Positions 31,225-40,941 of a stretch of 64,000 nt of DNA are shown piece after piece. The notes beneath the pieces are model-generated. The model was not told where the DNA came from and did not search any database. It worked only from the letters and a program-made list of their open reading frames with translations. A program made the translations under genes and the position numbers. Where the stretch lies: positions 83,269 through 147,268 of IMG/VR virus record IMGVR_UViG_3300035698_019437; one strand, 5' to 3'. Position 1 is the first letter of the stretch; the number at the start of each line of letters is the position of its first letter. This DNA comes from a virus.

Positions 31225-31890
31225 ATGAGCAATGAGATTAACTGGAAGGAAGTTGGCGAGAATTCCAAGCTGAATTCATTTGATGGAGAAAGCAAGAAGA
31301 TTAACTTTTTAAGGTTGTCAAGTGGACAAACTTATAAAGTAAGACCTTTGGGAAGTCCTGTTATGTTTTACAAGTATGTTGTAAATCACGAGGGTTCTTG
31401 GCGTTGGGCTATTTGTTCTGATCCTGATACGTGTCCCGTAAGAAGCAAGCATAATGTAGAGCCAAGAGAGCGATATGCTGTCAATATCATCGACCGTTCT
31501 GATGGTCAGATTAAGATTATGGAAGGTCCGGTTACTGTATTCAAGAAGTTCAGAGAGTACTTCGAAATGACTGATGCCTCTCCCGGTGGGAAACAAGGTG
31601 CTGATTTTATTATCAAGGTAACTGGTGCTGGATTAAAGACTCGTTACGAAGTTTCTAAGGATCAAAGAACCCCCTTCACTGAGGAAGAGACTGCTTTTAT
31701 CAAGGATAACTTCTACACGCTAGAGAATATTTTTAAGGCTACTCCGGAAGATGAGATTGAAGATGTATTGTTCGGAGAAGGTAAGAAAGAAAAGGTCAGC
31801 GAACCGCAAGTTGCTGTTGCGGAACCTGCTCCTTCGCCTACTACCACGACTGAAGCTGCTGCAACAGATGGTGATGAGCTTCCTTGGTAA
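31225..31890 (+). CDS. Phage single-stranded DNA-binding protein (gp32-like OB fold)
   Basis: FLRL...YKVRPL, CSDPDTCPV, RYAVNIIDR, GADFIIKVTGAGLKTRY, acidic tail DGDELPW; adjacent to recA. Confidence 0.75.
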   Translation: MSNEINWKEVGENSKLNSFDGESKKINFLRLSSGQTYKVRPLGSPVMFYKYVVNHEGSWRWAICSDPDTCPVRSKHNVEPRERYAVNIIDRSDGQIKIMEGPVTVFKKFREYFEMTDASPGGKQGADFIIKVTGAGLKTRYEVSKDQRTPFTEEETAFIKDNFYTLENIFKATPEDEIEDVLFGEGKKEKVSEPQVAVAEPAPSPTTTTEAAATDGDELPW

Positions 31891-31939
31891 TATGATTCTT
31901 TAGCAACTTAACACTGTTTATATATACAAGGGAGATGCT

Positions 31940-33178
31940 ATGTCAAAATCAAAAGATATTGTAGTAGAAAATTTGAAAGGGTTTGTAAGAAAAGGAGCAT
32001 CTTCTTGCAGTCCGGGAAATATCCCGACTGGTCATTTCCCTCTTGACTTTGTTATTCATCACGGGACTACTCCCGATAAAGTCGATCTCAACAAAGTAGA
32101 TGGATACGATCCCTCTAAGCCACTAGGTTTACCGCTTGGAAAACTTATCGAGATTTTCGGTGGGGAAGGAGCCGGTAAATCTAGTTTGGCTTATAGGGTA
32201 GTAGGATATGCTCAGAAGCTAGGGCATGCCTGTGCGTGGCTAGATACTGAAAATAGCTTTGCTGAGAACCTAGCTACAATTAACGGTGTCAATAAAGAAG
32301 AACTGTATTATTCTGATATGTCAACTGAGGAAGAACTAGATAAAGTCTTCTATGCAGAAGATGTTTTTGACGCGATTATAACTCTTATCAAGAGTGGCGT
32401 TAAGGTTATTGTCTTAGACTCAGTTGCAAATTTAGTCCCGAAGGTTCGTATGGAAGCACAAGCAGAACAAAGAACTGTTGGTGTCCTTGCTAGACTTATG
32501 AGTGAAAATCTTGGGAAGATTGTTAACTATGCTGGTAGTCATGGAGCTATGGTTATCTTTATCAATCAGTTAAGAGAAAAGATCGGGGTTTTCTTTGGAA
32601 ATCCAGAGACAACTCCTGGCGGTAGAAGTCTAAAGCATAATTGTTCTGTAAGGATTCAGATTTCTAAGAAGGGCGGCAAAGAAGCTGATATCTTCATAGA
32701 GAACGAAGAAGGCAATGAATCTCTTATCGGAAGATATGCTAGAGTGAATGTTAGAAAGAATAGAATGGCTAAGCCATACATGGAAAGCATTTTGGTTCCT
32801 GTTTATTACGAAGCATATTTCCCAGACATTGAGGAAATGCTATTTGATGTCGGTCGTCAACTCAAATTGATTTCAGTTAGAAAAGGCGTATTTAAATGGG
32901 AAGACAGTAAAGGAAAAGAACATAAGTTGGATGGCAGAAGAGCTTTCATTGATTACATTAAAAGTAATAAGTTGGAGTTTTTGCTTGCTAATAGCCTTAT
33001 CGCTAAGGCTGCTGAGGTAGGCGTATTTTTGCCGCCAGAAATTACTCAATGGTATATGAATAATACGAAAGCAGAAGAGGGTATCGGAAGTGACGAAAAA
33101 ACATCCAATAAGGAGGGATCGGCTTCCGGACGCAGAAAGGGAAAAAGTAGCAAGGTGGGCGACGGAGACTCTCAATAA
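31940..33178 (+). CDS. recA: RecA recombinase
   Basis: GLPLGKLIEIFGGEGAGKSS, LDSVANLVP, FINQLREKIGVFFGNPETTPGGRSLKH, KNRMAKPY. Confidence 0.93.
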   Translation: MSKSKDIVVENLKGFVRKGASSCSPGNIPTGHFPLDFVIHHGTTPDKVDLNKVDGYDPSKPLGLPLGKLIEIFGGEGAGKSSLAYRVVGYAQKLGHACAWLDTENSFAENLATINGVNKEELYYSDMSTEEELDKVFYAEDVFDAIITLIKSGVKVIVLDSVANLVPKVRMEAQAEQRTVGVLARLMSENLGKIVNYAGSHGAMVIFINQLREKIGVFFGNPETTPGGRSLKHNCSVRIQISKKGGKEADIFIENEEGNESLIGRYARVNVRKNRMAKPYMESILVPVYYEAYFPDIEEMLFDVGRQLKLISVRKGVFKWEDSKGKEHKLDGRRAFIDYIKSNKLEFLLANSLIAKAAEVGVFLPPEITQWYMNNTKAEEGIGSDEKTSNKEGSASGRRKGKSSKVGDGDSQ

Positions 33179-33833
33179 AAGAGAAAATGGAGAATCAAAA
33201 GAAGCGTTTGAGTATTTGAGAGATGTTAGAGGGCTATCTGAAAGAACTATTAAGGACTTTCGAATAGGTTATGTTCCCAAGAGTGTCCAGAATGAGTACG
33301 GTAATAGACACGAATGTGCAGGTAGGATCATTTTTCCTATCTTCGATGCCTATAACAGTTTAGTAGCTTTATCTACAAGAGACTGGCGAGAAAATGCCAA
33401 GATGAAACATTGGCATGAAAGTTTTGCCAAATCTCTTTATCTATACGGTTTGAATGCTGTAAAAAAATGGGTTTCTCATTATAATCTTTGTATGATAGTC
33501 GAAGGTGAATTTGACCTATTCTCCGTATATAATGTAGGGTTATATCCAGTTGTAGGTACTTTGGGAACATCTCTTAACCTTTTTCAAATTTCCATGCTTA
33601 AAAGATATTGTGATAACATATACCTTATATTTGATGGTGATGAACCTGGTAGGAATGCGACTCAAAGAGTGTTAACTGTAAGTAAACAACATGGGTTATC
33701 TAGTTTCGAGATAAACATAATACCTGTATATATGCCTGAAAAATCAGACCCCGATAGTTTCGTCAGACAAAACGGCAAATCATCATTTGTAAGTTTGATG
33801 CGCGAAGCTAAGAAATTGAAAGAGAAGAAATAA
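33090..33833 (+). CDS. DnaG-type primase catalytic core (TOPRIM) lacking zinc-binding domain
   Basis: EYLRDVRGL...FRIGYVP, GRIIFPI, KSLYLYGL, IVEGEFD, LGTSL, IFDGDEPG, DPDSFV; GTG start after AGAGGG. Confidence 0.88.
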   Translation: MTKKHPIRRDRLPDAEREKVARWATETLNKRENGESKEAFEYLRDVRGLSERTIKDFRIGYVPKSVQNEYGNRHECAGRIIFPIFDAYNSLVALSTRDWRENAKMKHWHESFAKSLYLYGLNAVKKWVSHYNLCMIVEGEFDLFSVYNVGLYPVVGTLGTSLNLFQISMLKRYCDNIYLIFDGDEPGRNATQRVLTVSKQHGLSSFEINIIPVYMPEKSDPDSFVRQNGKSSFVSLMREAKKLKEKK

Positions 33834-34771
33834 TGGATAATTGGAATATGGTATCTCCTGACGTTGCTGCTGTCATGGGAGTTGTTGATACTGTTATGCA
33901 ATGGAAGCGTCTTGGTTCTCACCGTTCTTATATACATTATCATCCTTCTGAATTTGGTAAATGTCTTCGAAAGATGCAATACAAGCATTATGAATCGCTT
34001 GGTCTTATTGGACCCGCTAAAGAAGAATTAGATAGTAAGCTTCTTAGATTGTTTGATAAGGGTCATAATATGCATGCGAGATGGACAACCTATTTTGAAG
34101 CTGCGGGAGTGTTGAGAGGATACTGGGTTTGTCAGAATTTGCTTTGCGATAAATCCAAAGATGGTAGAAGAAAGATTTATGGTTTGGATGATGTTCTTGG
34201 GGTATTTAAACCAGAAGTATGCGAATGTGGATGTAAACTTTTTGCTTATGAAGAAGTAAAAGTTGAAAGTAAAGAGATGAATGTATTTGGTCATGCTGAT
34301 ATGATCTTAGATTTTTCTGCTTTTGACGGGAGTTCACTTAAAGGAGTCGATCCACAATTCACAATAGCAGATTTACCAAGTAAACCGATTGTAGTTGATA
34401 TGAAAACTGCCAATGACAATAGTTTTAAAAGAGTCATAAAAGATGGTCCGTCTCCCGAATATCAAATACAGCTAACTATCTATGCCAATATACTTGGATG
34501 CCAGTATGGTCTTCTAGTATATGAAAATAAGAATAATTCAGTAACTGCTAGTTATAAAATAGCTACAAAGACTGATACCCTTTTTGAACTTATAAATCGT
34601 CAAGCGAAGTTAATGATTGAAATGGTTCCACATAAATTATTACCTCCACCTAGACCTAATAAGCGTGATTGTTATGAATGTAAAGGATGTCCCTTCAACG
34701 CAGTATGCAAGAAGTCCGGTATTTGGGAGAATCCTAAATTGGAAGAGATAAAGAAAAAGTTTTACGGCTAA
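33833..34771 (+). CDS. Cas4-like PD-(D/E)XK exonuclease
   Basis: HPSEFGKCLR, GHNMH, GHADMILD, VDMKT, QLTIY, CKGCPFNAVC (Fe-S ligands); internal CQNLLC..CECGC insert. Confidence 0.82.
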   Translation: MDNWNMVSPDVAAVMGVVDTVMQWKRLGSHRSYIHYHPSEFGKCLRKMQYKHYESLGLIGPAKEELDSKLLRLFDKGHNMHARWTTYFEAAGVLRGYWVCQNLLCDKSKDGRRKIYGLDDVLGVFKPEVCECGCKLFAYEEVKVESKEMNVFGHADMILDFSAFDGSSLKGVDPQFTIADLPSKPIVVDMKTANDNSFKRVIKDGPSPEYQIQLTIYANILGCQYGLLVYENKNNSVTASYKIATKTDTLFELINRQAKLMIEMVPHKLLPPPRPNKRDCYECKGCPFNAVCKKSGIWENPKLEEIKKKFYG

Positions 34772-34787
34772 GTCTATATGCCAAATG

Positions 34788-34810
34788 CTTTTGCCGATAC
34801 ACTAAATTAG
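34788..34810 (+). promoter_or_regulatory. Putative phage promoter motif (T-rich + CCGA + AT-rich)
   Basis: TTTTGCCGATACACTAAATT in intergenic gap before spoVS; recurs before other genes. Confidence 0.35.
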
Positions 34811-34843
34811 TAATACTTGATAACTAATTCGAAGGAGAAACTA

Positions 34844-35191
34844 ATGCACGACAACCAAGTAGATGATTCTGGAAATAGTAAGCATCCTTTTATCAATTCA
34901 GAAGACCCGAAGTTGTTACTTATAAAAGGTAATTTGACAAAAGAGAAATCAAAAGATTATGTCAAGAAGGTAGCCAATGCTATTAACAAAGTAATTAGCA
35001 AGCATGAGACGGCTATTCTAAGATGTGTTGGCGCTGCGTCTGTTAACAATGCAGTCAAGGCGACCATCATTGCATCTGGAGAAGCCAAAAAAAGAGGAGA
35101 TGATTTAGCAATTGTTCCAAGCTTCCATAACGTAAATTTTGATGGTGTGGGAGAGAAGACCTCTATAGTATTAGAAGTTAGGAAAATTTGA
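34844..35191 (+). CDS. SpoVS family (Alba-like) protein
   Basis: KVANAI...LRCVGAASVNNAVKATIIASG...IVPSF....DG..EKTSI; AAGGAG RBS before ATG 34844. Confidence 0.85.
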   Translation: MHDNQVDDSGNSKHPFINSEDPKLLLIKGNLTKEKSKDYVKKVANAINKVISKHETAILRCVGAASVNNAVKATIIASGEAKKRGDDLAIVPSFHNVNFDGVGEKTSIVLEVRKI

Positions 35192-35206
35192 TCGAAGGAG
35201 ATAACA

Positions 35207-35791
35207 ATGTTATATAGGTTGAACCAAACAAAGATTGCGGAATTAATAGAAGCTGGTGAAGTCAAACCACTCGATTCTGATTTAGAAATTGAAGATTGCA
35301 TTACAGCCGTATCAGATTTAGATAGGAAAATAGATTTCCTAAAGCGTCTAAAGAAAAACAGACAAGAAACTATTGATAAGGTTATTAAGAAACATGAATC
35401 CACCAAGAACCTGATTAGACAGGTTATTCTTGAAACTCTCAAAGTCAATGAGATCAAATCTTTAGATTTTCCCGGTGTAGGAAGAGTTGTATCTAAAAAT
35501 ACAAAGGGCAAATGGATTATTGATGATGAGGAAACTTTGATATCTATTCTTGAGAAAGAACTAGATAAAGATCAATTAGAAGAAACCGTTAAGAGTAGCA
35601 AGAGTTTAGTTAAGAAGCATCTTAATAAGATTCTTGAGCGTTGGTCTAAAACAGATTCTGTACCTAAATGTGTAAAGAAAGAAGATGATCAAGTTGGGTT
35701 GTCTGTATCTATTTATGAGCCTGAGAAGCTTCCTGAAGCTAATGCAAATAGTGCAACAGACACTGAGGATTTGGATAAGCTAGATTTTTGA
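35207..35791 (+). CDS. Gam/gp157-like host nuclease inhibitor (putative)
   Basis: Long coiled coil then KSLDFPGVGRV...KWIIDDEETL pattern. Confidence 0.55.
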   Translation: MLYRLNQTKIAELIEAGEVKPLDSDLEIEDCITAVSDLDRKIDFLKRLKKNRQETIDKVIKKHESTKNLIRQVILETLKVNEIKSLDFPGVGRVVSKNTKGKWIIDDEETLISILEKELDKDQLEETVKSSKSLVKKHLNKILERWSKTDSVPKCVKKEDDQVGLSVSIYEPEKLPEANANSATDTEDLDKLDF

Positions 35792-35792
35792 T

Positions 35793-37715
35793 ATGAAAAA
35801 GAAGAAAAAGAAGACAAAGAAGACAAAGACAAATAAAACTGATCTAATCAGTAAGGCTAGAGTAAAGCTAGAAAGAATATATAAGAAAATACCAGATACT
35901 CAGGGATGTATGGAGAATTTGAAGAAGGAAAATGGTTGTAGTGCTTGGTGCTGCGTTGCGGCTGGAACTAAAGTATATACTCCTTCTGGATTGATACCGA
36001 TTGAAAACTTATCTGTCGGTGATCCTATTTTTACTAAAAATGGTTTGAGTAGAGTTGTCAGAACAGGTAATAGGTTTATCAAGGAACATATTTTAGAGAT
36101 AAAAACGTGCTATGGCAGAACAATCAGGCTTACAAAAGATCACAGAGTATTTGTAGATTTGATAACTAGAAAAAGTAGGTATGTATATGATAAATCGGAA
36201 TTTGTAGAATCTGAGTCGTTAATTCCTAAAACGGGTAAAAACGACCCTGGTCATTATGTAATTTTTCCAAAGATAAATATAAGAGAGAACGATAATCCGA
36301 TTTATATTCAAGTAAACAATTTCGCTGATGTTTTTGTTTGCAATGAGGGGGATGATCTTTCAAAAGATTCTGAATATTGTTATGCTTCATCTGTTAAAAG
36401 AGGTCGTAAAATCAAGAAAAATATTTTGTTAGACCCCGATTTTTGCTGGGTGCTGGGGTTATATCTAGCTGAAGGGTCTGTTTCTACAGATAGTGTAGAT
36501 TTTCATATTAGTTCTGACGAAGTAGATTTATTAAGTAAGTTAGAAAAGTTTGCTAAATCTTTGAATGTTTACTGTTCTAATAAAATTAATATAGGGAAAA
36601 GTAAAACTGTTAGAATTTTTAGTAGGGTATTAGCTAGATTTTTTAAGAATGCGGGTGGTTCTGGCTGTGAAAACAAAAAACTTGATGATAGACTTTTCAA
36701 ACTTATTGTATCAAAAAAAGAATTAAGAAACTCATTTCATCAAGGATTATATGCAGGAGACGGAACAAAAAAACTTTATAAAAATTTAAAATATGCTTAT
36801 ACTACTACTTCACGGAACTTAGTTGATCAGGTCGTATTTTTAAATTATCTAGATAATGAAATTCCTATAGTTCATCGTACACGAAGATATAATAGAAAAG
36901 ATTCTTTTTCTATATCTATCTCTAAGGGTAAGTTTAAGGATTATGTTGAAACCGATAATGATTTTAGGGTTCCTGTGAGAGATGTAAAAACCGTGTCATA
37001 CGATGGTTTAGTTTATGATATTGAGGTCGCTCACGGAGAATCTTTTTTGACTGAGGCAGGAGAAATACATAATTGTCAGATACAGTCTCCACAGGTTCTA
37101 TATGCTGAATTCCTTAATGGTTGGCAGTTTATTCTAGATAACTGGAAGCCTGTTGATATTATAGAGCTTGTAAGAAGGTCTCTTAATACTTATGTAGATA
37201 ATAAACCCACTAAAGGGTGTGTTATGTGGGATTCTGAGTCTAAGCTTTGTTTGAGTCATACGACTAGACCGTTTAGCTGTAGAATGTATGGTATTATTCC
37301 TGCTGAAGAATTTGCTTCTAGAATAGCTAGAGTAAAAGAGCAACTTAAGGATAAGAAAGATGCCGTTATCCATGATCAATGTGTTTTGGTTAGTACAGTT
37401 AGCGGAGAAAAAGTATCTACCATACAGACTGATATTTGGATGGATCAACTAACTCAAGTGGAAATGTTCATAGGCGTTCCACGTCATAGCATTCATGATC
37501 AATTTGGTGGTAGTTACAGAACATATCATGATCATGTATTAATTCATCTTTTTCCTGATGATGTGATGCAGAACCTTTCTATAGTAAGGGTACAAGGAAC
37601 GGATGAAGAAAAGGAAATTGTTGTAGAAAAGTTAACTAATCACTTTAGACAAAGAATGTTTAATATATTCACTGAAGGTGAAGAAAGTGGCAAAACAAAC
37701 ACAGAAGAGAGTTAA
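35793..37715 (+). CDS. YkgJ-family cysteine-cluster protein containing an intein (mature ~266 aa)
   Basis: Spliced product restores GC...GCSAWC-CQIQSP; downstream GCVMWD..SKLCLSHTTRPFSCRMYG. Confidence 0.8.
   Translation: MKKKKKKTKKTKTNKTDLISKARVKLERIYKKIPDTQGCMENLKKENGCSAWCCVAAGTKVYTPSGLIPIENLSVGDPIFTKNGLSRVVRTGNRFIKEHILEIKTCYGRTIRLTKDHRVFVDLITRKSRYVYDKSEFVESESLIPKTGKNDPGHYVIFPKINIRENDNPIYIQVNNFADVFVCNEGDDLSKDSEYCYASSVKRGRKIKKNILLDPDFCWVLGLYLAEGSVSTDSVDFHISSDEVDLLSKLEKFAKSLNVYCSNKINIGKSKTVRIFSRVLARFFKNAGGSGCENKKLDDRLFKLIVSKKELRNSFHQGLYAGDGTKKLYKNLKYAYTTTSRNLVDQVVFLNYLDNEIPIVHRTRRYNRKDSFSISISKGKFKDYVETDNDFRVPVRDVKTVSYDGLVYDIEVAHGESFLTEAGEIHNCQIQSPQVLYAEFLNGWQFILDNWKPVDIIELVRRSLNTYVDNKPTKGCVMWDSESKLCLSHTTRPFSCRMYGIIPAEEFASRIARVKEQLKDKKDAVIHDQCVLVSTVSGEKVSTIQTDIWMDQLTQVEMFIGVPRHSIHDQFGGSYRTYHDHVLIHLFPDDVMQNLSIVRVQGTDEEKEIVVEKLTNHFRQRMFNIFTEGEESGKTNTEES
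35952..37073 (+). mobile_element. Intein (374 aa) with LAGLIDADG homing endonuclease
   Basis: Block A CVAAGTKVYT, block B LTKDHRV, WVLGLYLAEGS, FHQGLYAGDG, block F VYDIEV, block G EIHN followed by +1 Cys. Confidence 0.93.
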
Positions 37716-38028
37716 GGTAGTTAGTTGTGAATACCATAGCGATAAAAACCTTGTAGTATGGACTGTTCAACCTCTGGACGAAGATAAACCTATTAAAATG
37801 GCATTTAAAAGTACTGAGTTAGGTGCTGCTGTAGGAATATCAGGATATATCCCACCAGATGCAATAGAAAAATTCTGTAAAGAAATTACAGGGAAAGAGA
37901 TTAATTGGGTTCATGAAGTTACCTATGAAAATTCTCCTTCTTTAGATGATGTTAGTAATGAAGACTTAGCAGAACAAGTCCATGAGTTAGATAGTTATCC
38001 ATATGAAGAGATTGAGGACTTGGAATGA
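37678..38028 (+). CDS. Hypothetical protein
   Basis: GTG-start ORF, ATGA-coupled downstream. Confidence 0.55.
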   Translation: MKKVAKQTQKRVKVVSCEYHSDKNLVVWTVQPLDEDKPIKMAFKSTELGAAVGISGYIPPDAIEKFCKEITGKEINWVHEVTYENSPSLDDVSNEDLAEQVHELDSYPYEEIEDLE

Positions 38029-38336
38029 ATATAATATTTTTCGGAAGTGATGATTGTAAAAAATGTATAGCTGCTATAGAAGAAATGAAAGAAACAGGTT
38101 TAGACAAACTTGCTTCTCATTTTCTATATGTAGATGCATTCGATGATGACAAACAACCATTATGTGATGAACATGATGTAGATAAATTGCCTCATGTAAA
38201 GGTATATAGTAACGGACAACTTGCATATGAATCAGTTGGTTCGTGTGATATTGATAAAATAGGAAAAGTTTACGCTGAAGAGCGTGGCAAGATGAAAAAG
38301 TTCAATTTTTTGAAACGTCGAGGAAAGTCTGATTGA
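38025..38336 (+). CDS. Thioredoxin/glutaredoxin-like protein
   Basis: FFGSDDCKKC, VDKLPHV cis-Pro motif. Confidence 0.75.
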   Translation: MNIIFFGSDDCKKCIAAIEEMKETGLDKLASHFLYVDAFDDDKQPLCDEHDVDKLPHVKVYSNGQLAYESVGSCDIDKIGKVYAEERGKMKKFNFLKRRGKSD

Positions 38337-40243
38337 TGATCAATTTAAATTCGCAGCAGAAGAAAGCAGTTGAACACGAAGAAGGTCCATGTCTAGTTGC
38401 CTCTGTTCCCGGAAGCGGTAAAACAGCGGTTCTAGTAGAACGTACTGCTAGGCTTATAGAGAAAGGTGTAACGCCTTCGTCTATATTGAGTGTTACGTTT
38501 ACTAATAAAGCATCTAAAGAAATGCGCAAACGAGTTACTAGTAGACTCGGTACTTCTAAAGTTGATTGTGTCATATCTACGTTTCATTCTTTTTGTGTAA
38601 AAGTTCTCAGGAATTATGGTTCGAATATAGGTTATGGTAGCAATTTTTCTATATTAGGTGATTCCGATCAAAAAGCTTTGATTTCTCAAATCGGCAAGAA
38701 GCTAGGTATTCCTAAGAAGAAAATCAATGCATATTCCATACTTTCTAAGGTAAATATATCCAGAGAGAATCTTGAGGAATTTATCGTTCTTGCAGCAAGA
38801 TTCGATAACGATCCAGCATCATGGGCTATAGCTAAAGAATATCTTGAAGAGATGAAGAAGCAGAACGCTATTGATTTTAGTGGTTTGCTATATGAGACTG
38901 TTCAGTTATTCCAGAAGTATCCTAAAATTCTGGAAGCTTTTCAGAATACTTTTAAGTATATACAGGTAGATGAAACCCAAGATACAAACTACATCCAATT
39001 TTACATGATTAATATGATTGGAAAGAAACATAGAAACATTATGCTTGTTGGGGATATCGACCAGTCAATCTATGCGTTCAGGAATGCAAGATATCAGAAT
39101 ATCGTTGATTTCCTAGAAGATCATAAAGATTGCGTTCGTATTCCACTTGAGAAGAACTACAGATCGACTCCTCAGATTATTCGTGTTGCGAACAAGTTGA
39201 TATGCCATAATTCTTCTCATATCGTAGATAAGTTTGAGACAGATAACCCTGATGGGCCTCCTGTTGTATATAAGGAGTTTAATGAGCCTCAAGACGAAGC
39301 TAGGTGGATCGCTTATAAGATTAACAAATTCAAAAATGAACTTGGGTATGATGGAAGCGATATAGCTATCTTCTATCGACTTAATAGGTTGTCTATGGAT
39401 TTGCAGCCTGCATTACGTCATGCAAATATTCCTTTTGTAGTTATAGGTGGTCCCAGCTTCTTTGATAGGAAAGAGATAAAAGATTCGTTAGCTATGATGA
39501 GATTTCTGTCTAATCCTAAAGACGGTACTGCTTTTTACAGATTGATAGACTTGTTCGACGGTATTGGCGATGTAACTGCGCATAAGATACAAGAATTGTC
39601 TAGACAAAACGATATTAGTCTTATTGATGCTTGTAGGAAAGTAGATGGATTGACAAATAGGACTCCTATCCGTAAGGCAGCTAAAAGAATAGCAGATGTT
39701 TTCGATTTCGATTACAAGGCATGCAATTTGACTCAGTGTTTCGATACGCTTATGAATAAACTTCGTTACAAAGATACTTTAGAATTGAAGTGCAAAACCG
39801 GCAAAGAATTTTTGGAAAGACAAGATAATATCGATTCCTTCGTCTCGGATGCAGTAGGTTTTACGAATAACAGTACAGCTAAAATAGATGATTATCTGAA
39901 GAACGTAAGCTTAATGTCTTCAGAAGATGGTGACGCGGATGAGCAATCGATTAGTCTAATGACGTTCCATGCAGCTAAGGGATTAGAATTTCCGATAGTA
40001 TTTACGGTAGGTGTCGAACAACAGATATTGCCTCATTATCTTGCTGTGGCTGATGCGACAGATGTTCAGTCTAAGAAAGAAGCCATAGAAGAAGAGAGGC
40101 GTATATTTTATGTTGGTATGACTAGAGCAAAGAAACATCTGAATATTTCTTCATGCAAATATCGCAGAGTACGTCAGCAAGGAATGTTCATACAACAATC
40201 AGGATTGCCTAGTCAGTTTTTAAAAGAATCTGGTTTAAGATGA
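38333..40243 (+). CDS. uvrD: UvrD/PcrA/Rep SF1 helicase
   Basis: LNSQQ, PGSGKT, TFTNKA, DETQDTN, VGDIDQSIYAFRNA, NYRST, TFHAAKGLEFP, EERRIFYVGMTRA. Confidence 0.95.
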   Translation: MMINLNSQQKKAVEHEEGPCLVASVPGSGKTAVLVERTARLIEKGVTPSSILSVTFTNKASKEMRKRVTSRLGTSKVDCVISTFHSFCVKVLRNYGSNIGYGSNFSILGDSDQKALISQIGKKLGIPKKKINAYSILSKVNISRENLEEFIVLAARFDNDPASWAIAKEYLEEMKKQNAIDFSGLLYETVQLFQKYPKILEAFQNTFKYIQVDETQDTNYIQFYMINMIGKKHRNIMLVGDIDQSIYAFRNARYQNIVDFLEDHKDCVRIPLEKNYRSTPQIIRVANKLICHNSSHIVDKFETDNPDGPPVVYKEFNEPQDEARWIAYKINKFKNELGYDGSDIAIFYRLNRLSMDLQPALRHANIPFVVIGGPSFFDRKEIKDSLAMMRFLSNPKDGTAFYRLIDLFDGIGDVTAHKIQELSRQNDISLIDACRKVDGLTNRTPIRKAAKRIADVFDFDYKACNLTQCFDTLMNKLRYKDTLELKCKTGKEFLERQDNIDSFVSDAVGFTNNSTAKIDDYLKNVSLMSSEDGDADEQSISLMTFHAAKGLEFPIVFTVGVEQQILPHYLAVADATDVQSKKEAIEEERRIFYVGMTRAKKHLNISSCKYRRVRQQGMFIQQSGLPSQFLKESGLR

Positions 40244-40941
40244 TATCTTACGAAACATTGATAGGAAAACACGATGGGGAGTCGGCATTTGTGTTTGGTG
40301 CTGGTACAAGTCTATTCGGAGTTGATCTTTCTCCTGTTCATAAACATATAGTTTTATGTGTTAATTCGAGCTTCATACTAATGCCGTGGAACGAGGGAGA
40401 ACCAGATAGAAGGTATTGGTTATCTAATGATGCTTTAGTAAGAAGATGGACTTACTGGTCTAAAGTGAAGAAATCTAAAGCCATTAAAATAGTACGCGAT
40501 AGTTGGAAGAAGTATGAAAAAGAGATAAGCGACTTTCTTGTTTTTTCTCCTAGACCGACTAAGGAAAGTGTTATCAATCCAGATGATACTGGTTTGTGCT
40601 ATTGTTCTAGCGTTCCAAGTAGTATAGATTTGGCAATACAAATGGGATGTAAAAAAATATTTGTAATGGGCTTGGATCAATATAAAGTTTCAGATCGCAG
40701 ATATTTTTGGGAATTTATGCCAAGGAAAGAACAGCCTACTTGGTCTCATGGATTTAGATATTTACCAAATTATGATCAGCAACTTTGGACGTTTGGTTTT
40801 GATAGACAAGCATATTCGGCGTTAGAAGAATTCTCGAAAATCAAAGGTGCAAAAATATACAATTGTAACATGATTAGCAAGATAGATTCGTTTGAGAAGA
40901 TAACGTTTGATCAAGCTTTGGAGATCGTCAATGGGAATTAA
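40240..40941 (+). CDS. DUF115/Maf-like, GT42-like putative nonulosonic acid transferase
   Basis: AFVFGAGTSL...VLCVN, SVPSSIDLAIQMGCKKIFVMGLD, KIYNCN..SKIDSFEK. Confidence 0.7.
   Translation: MISYETLIGKHDGESAFVFGAGTSLFGVDLSPVHKHIVLCVNSSFILMPWNEGEPDRRYWLSNDALVRRWTYWSKVKKSKAIKIVRDSWKKYEKEISDFLVFSPRPTKESVINPDDTGLCYCSSVPSSIDLAIQMGCKKIFVMGLDQYKVSDRRYFWEFMPRKEQPTWSHGFRYLPNYDQQLWTFGFDRQAYSALEEFSKIKGAKIYNCNMISKIDSFEKITFDQALEIVNGN

Noticed and set aside
33833-34771. CRISPR-Cas locus suggested by the Cas4-like gene
   Set aside because: No repeat-spacer array and no cas1/cas2 in the window; solo Cas4-like nucleases are common in phage recombination modules.
34844-35191. Inferring a sporulating Firmicute host from spoVS
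   Set aside because: SpoVS homologues also occur in non-sporulating phyla, so one gene is insufficient for host assignment.
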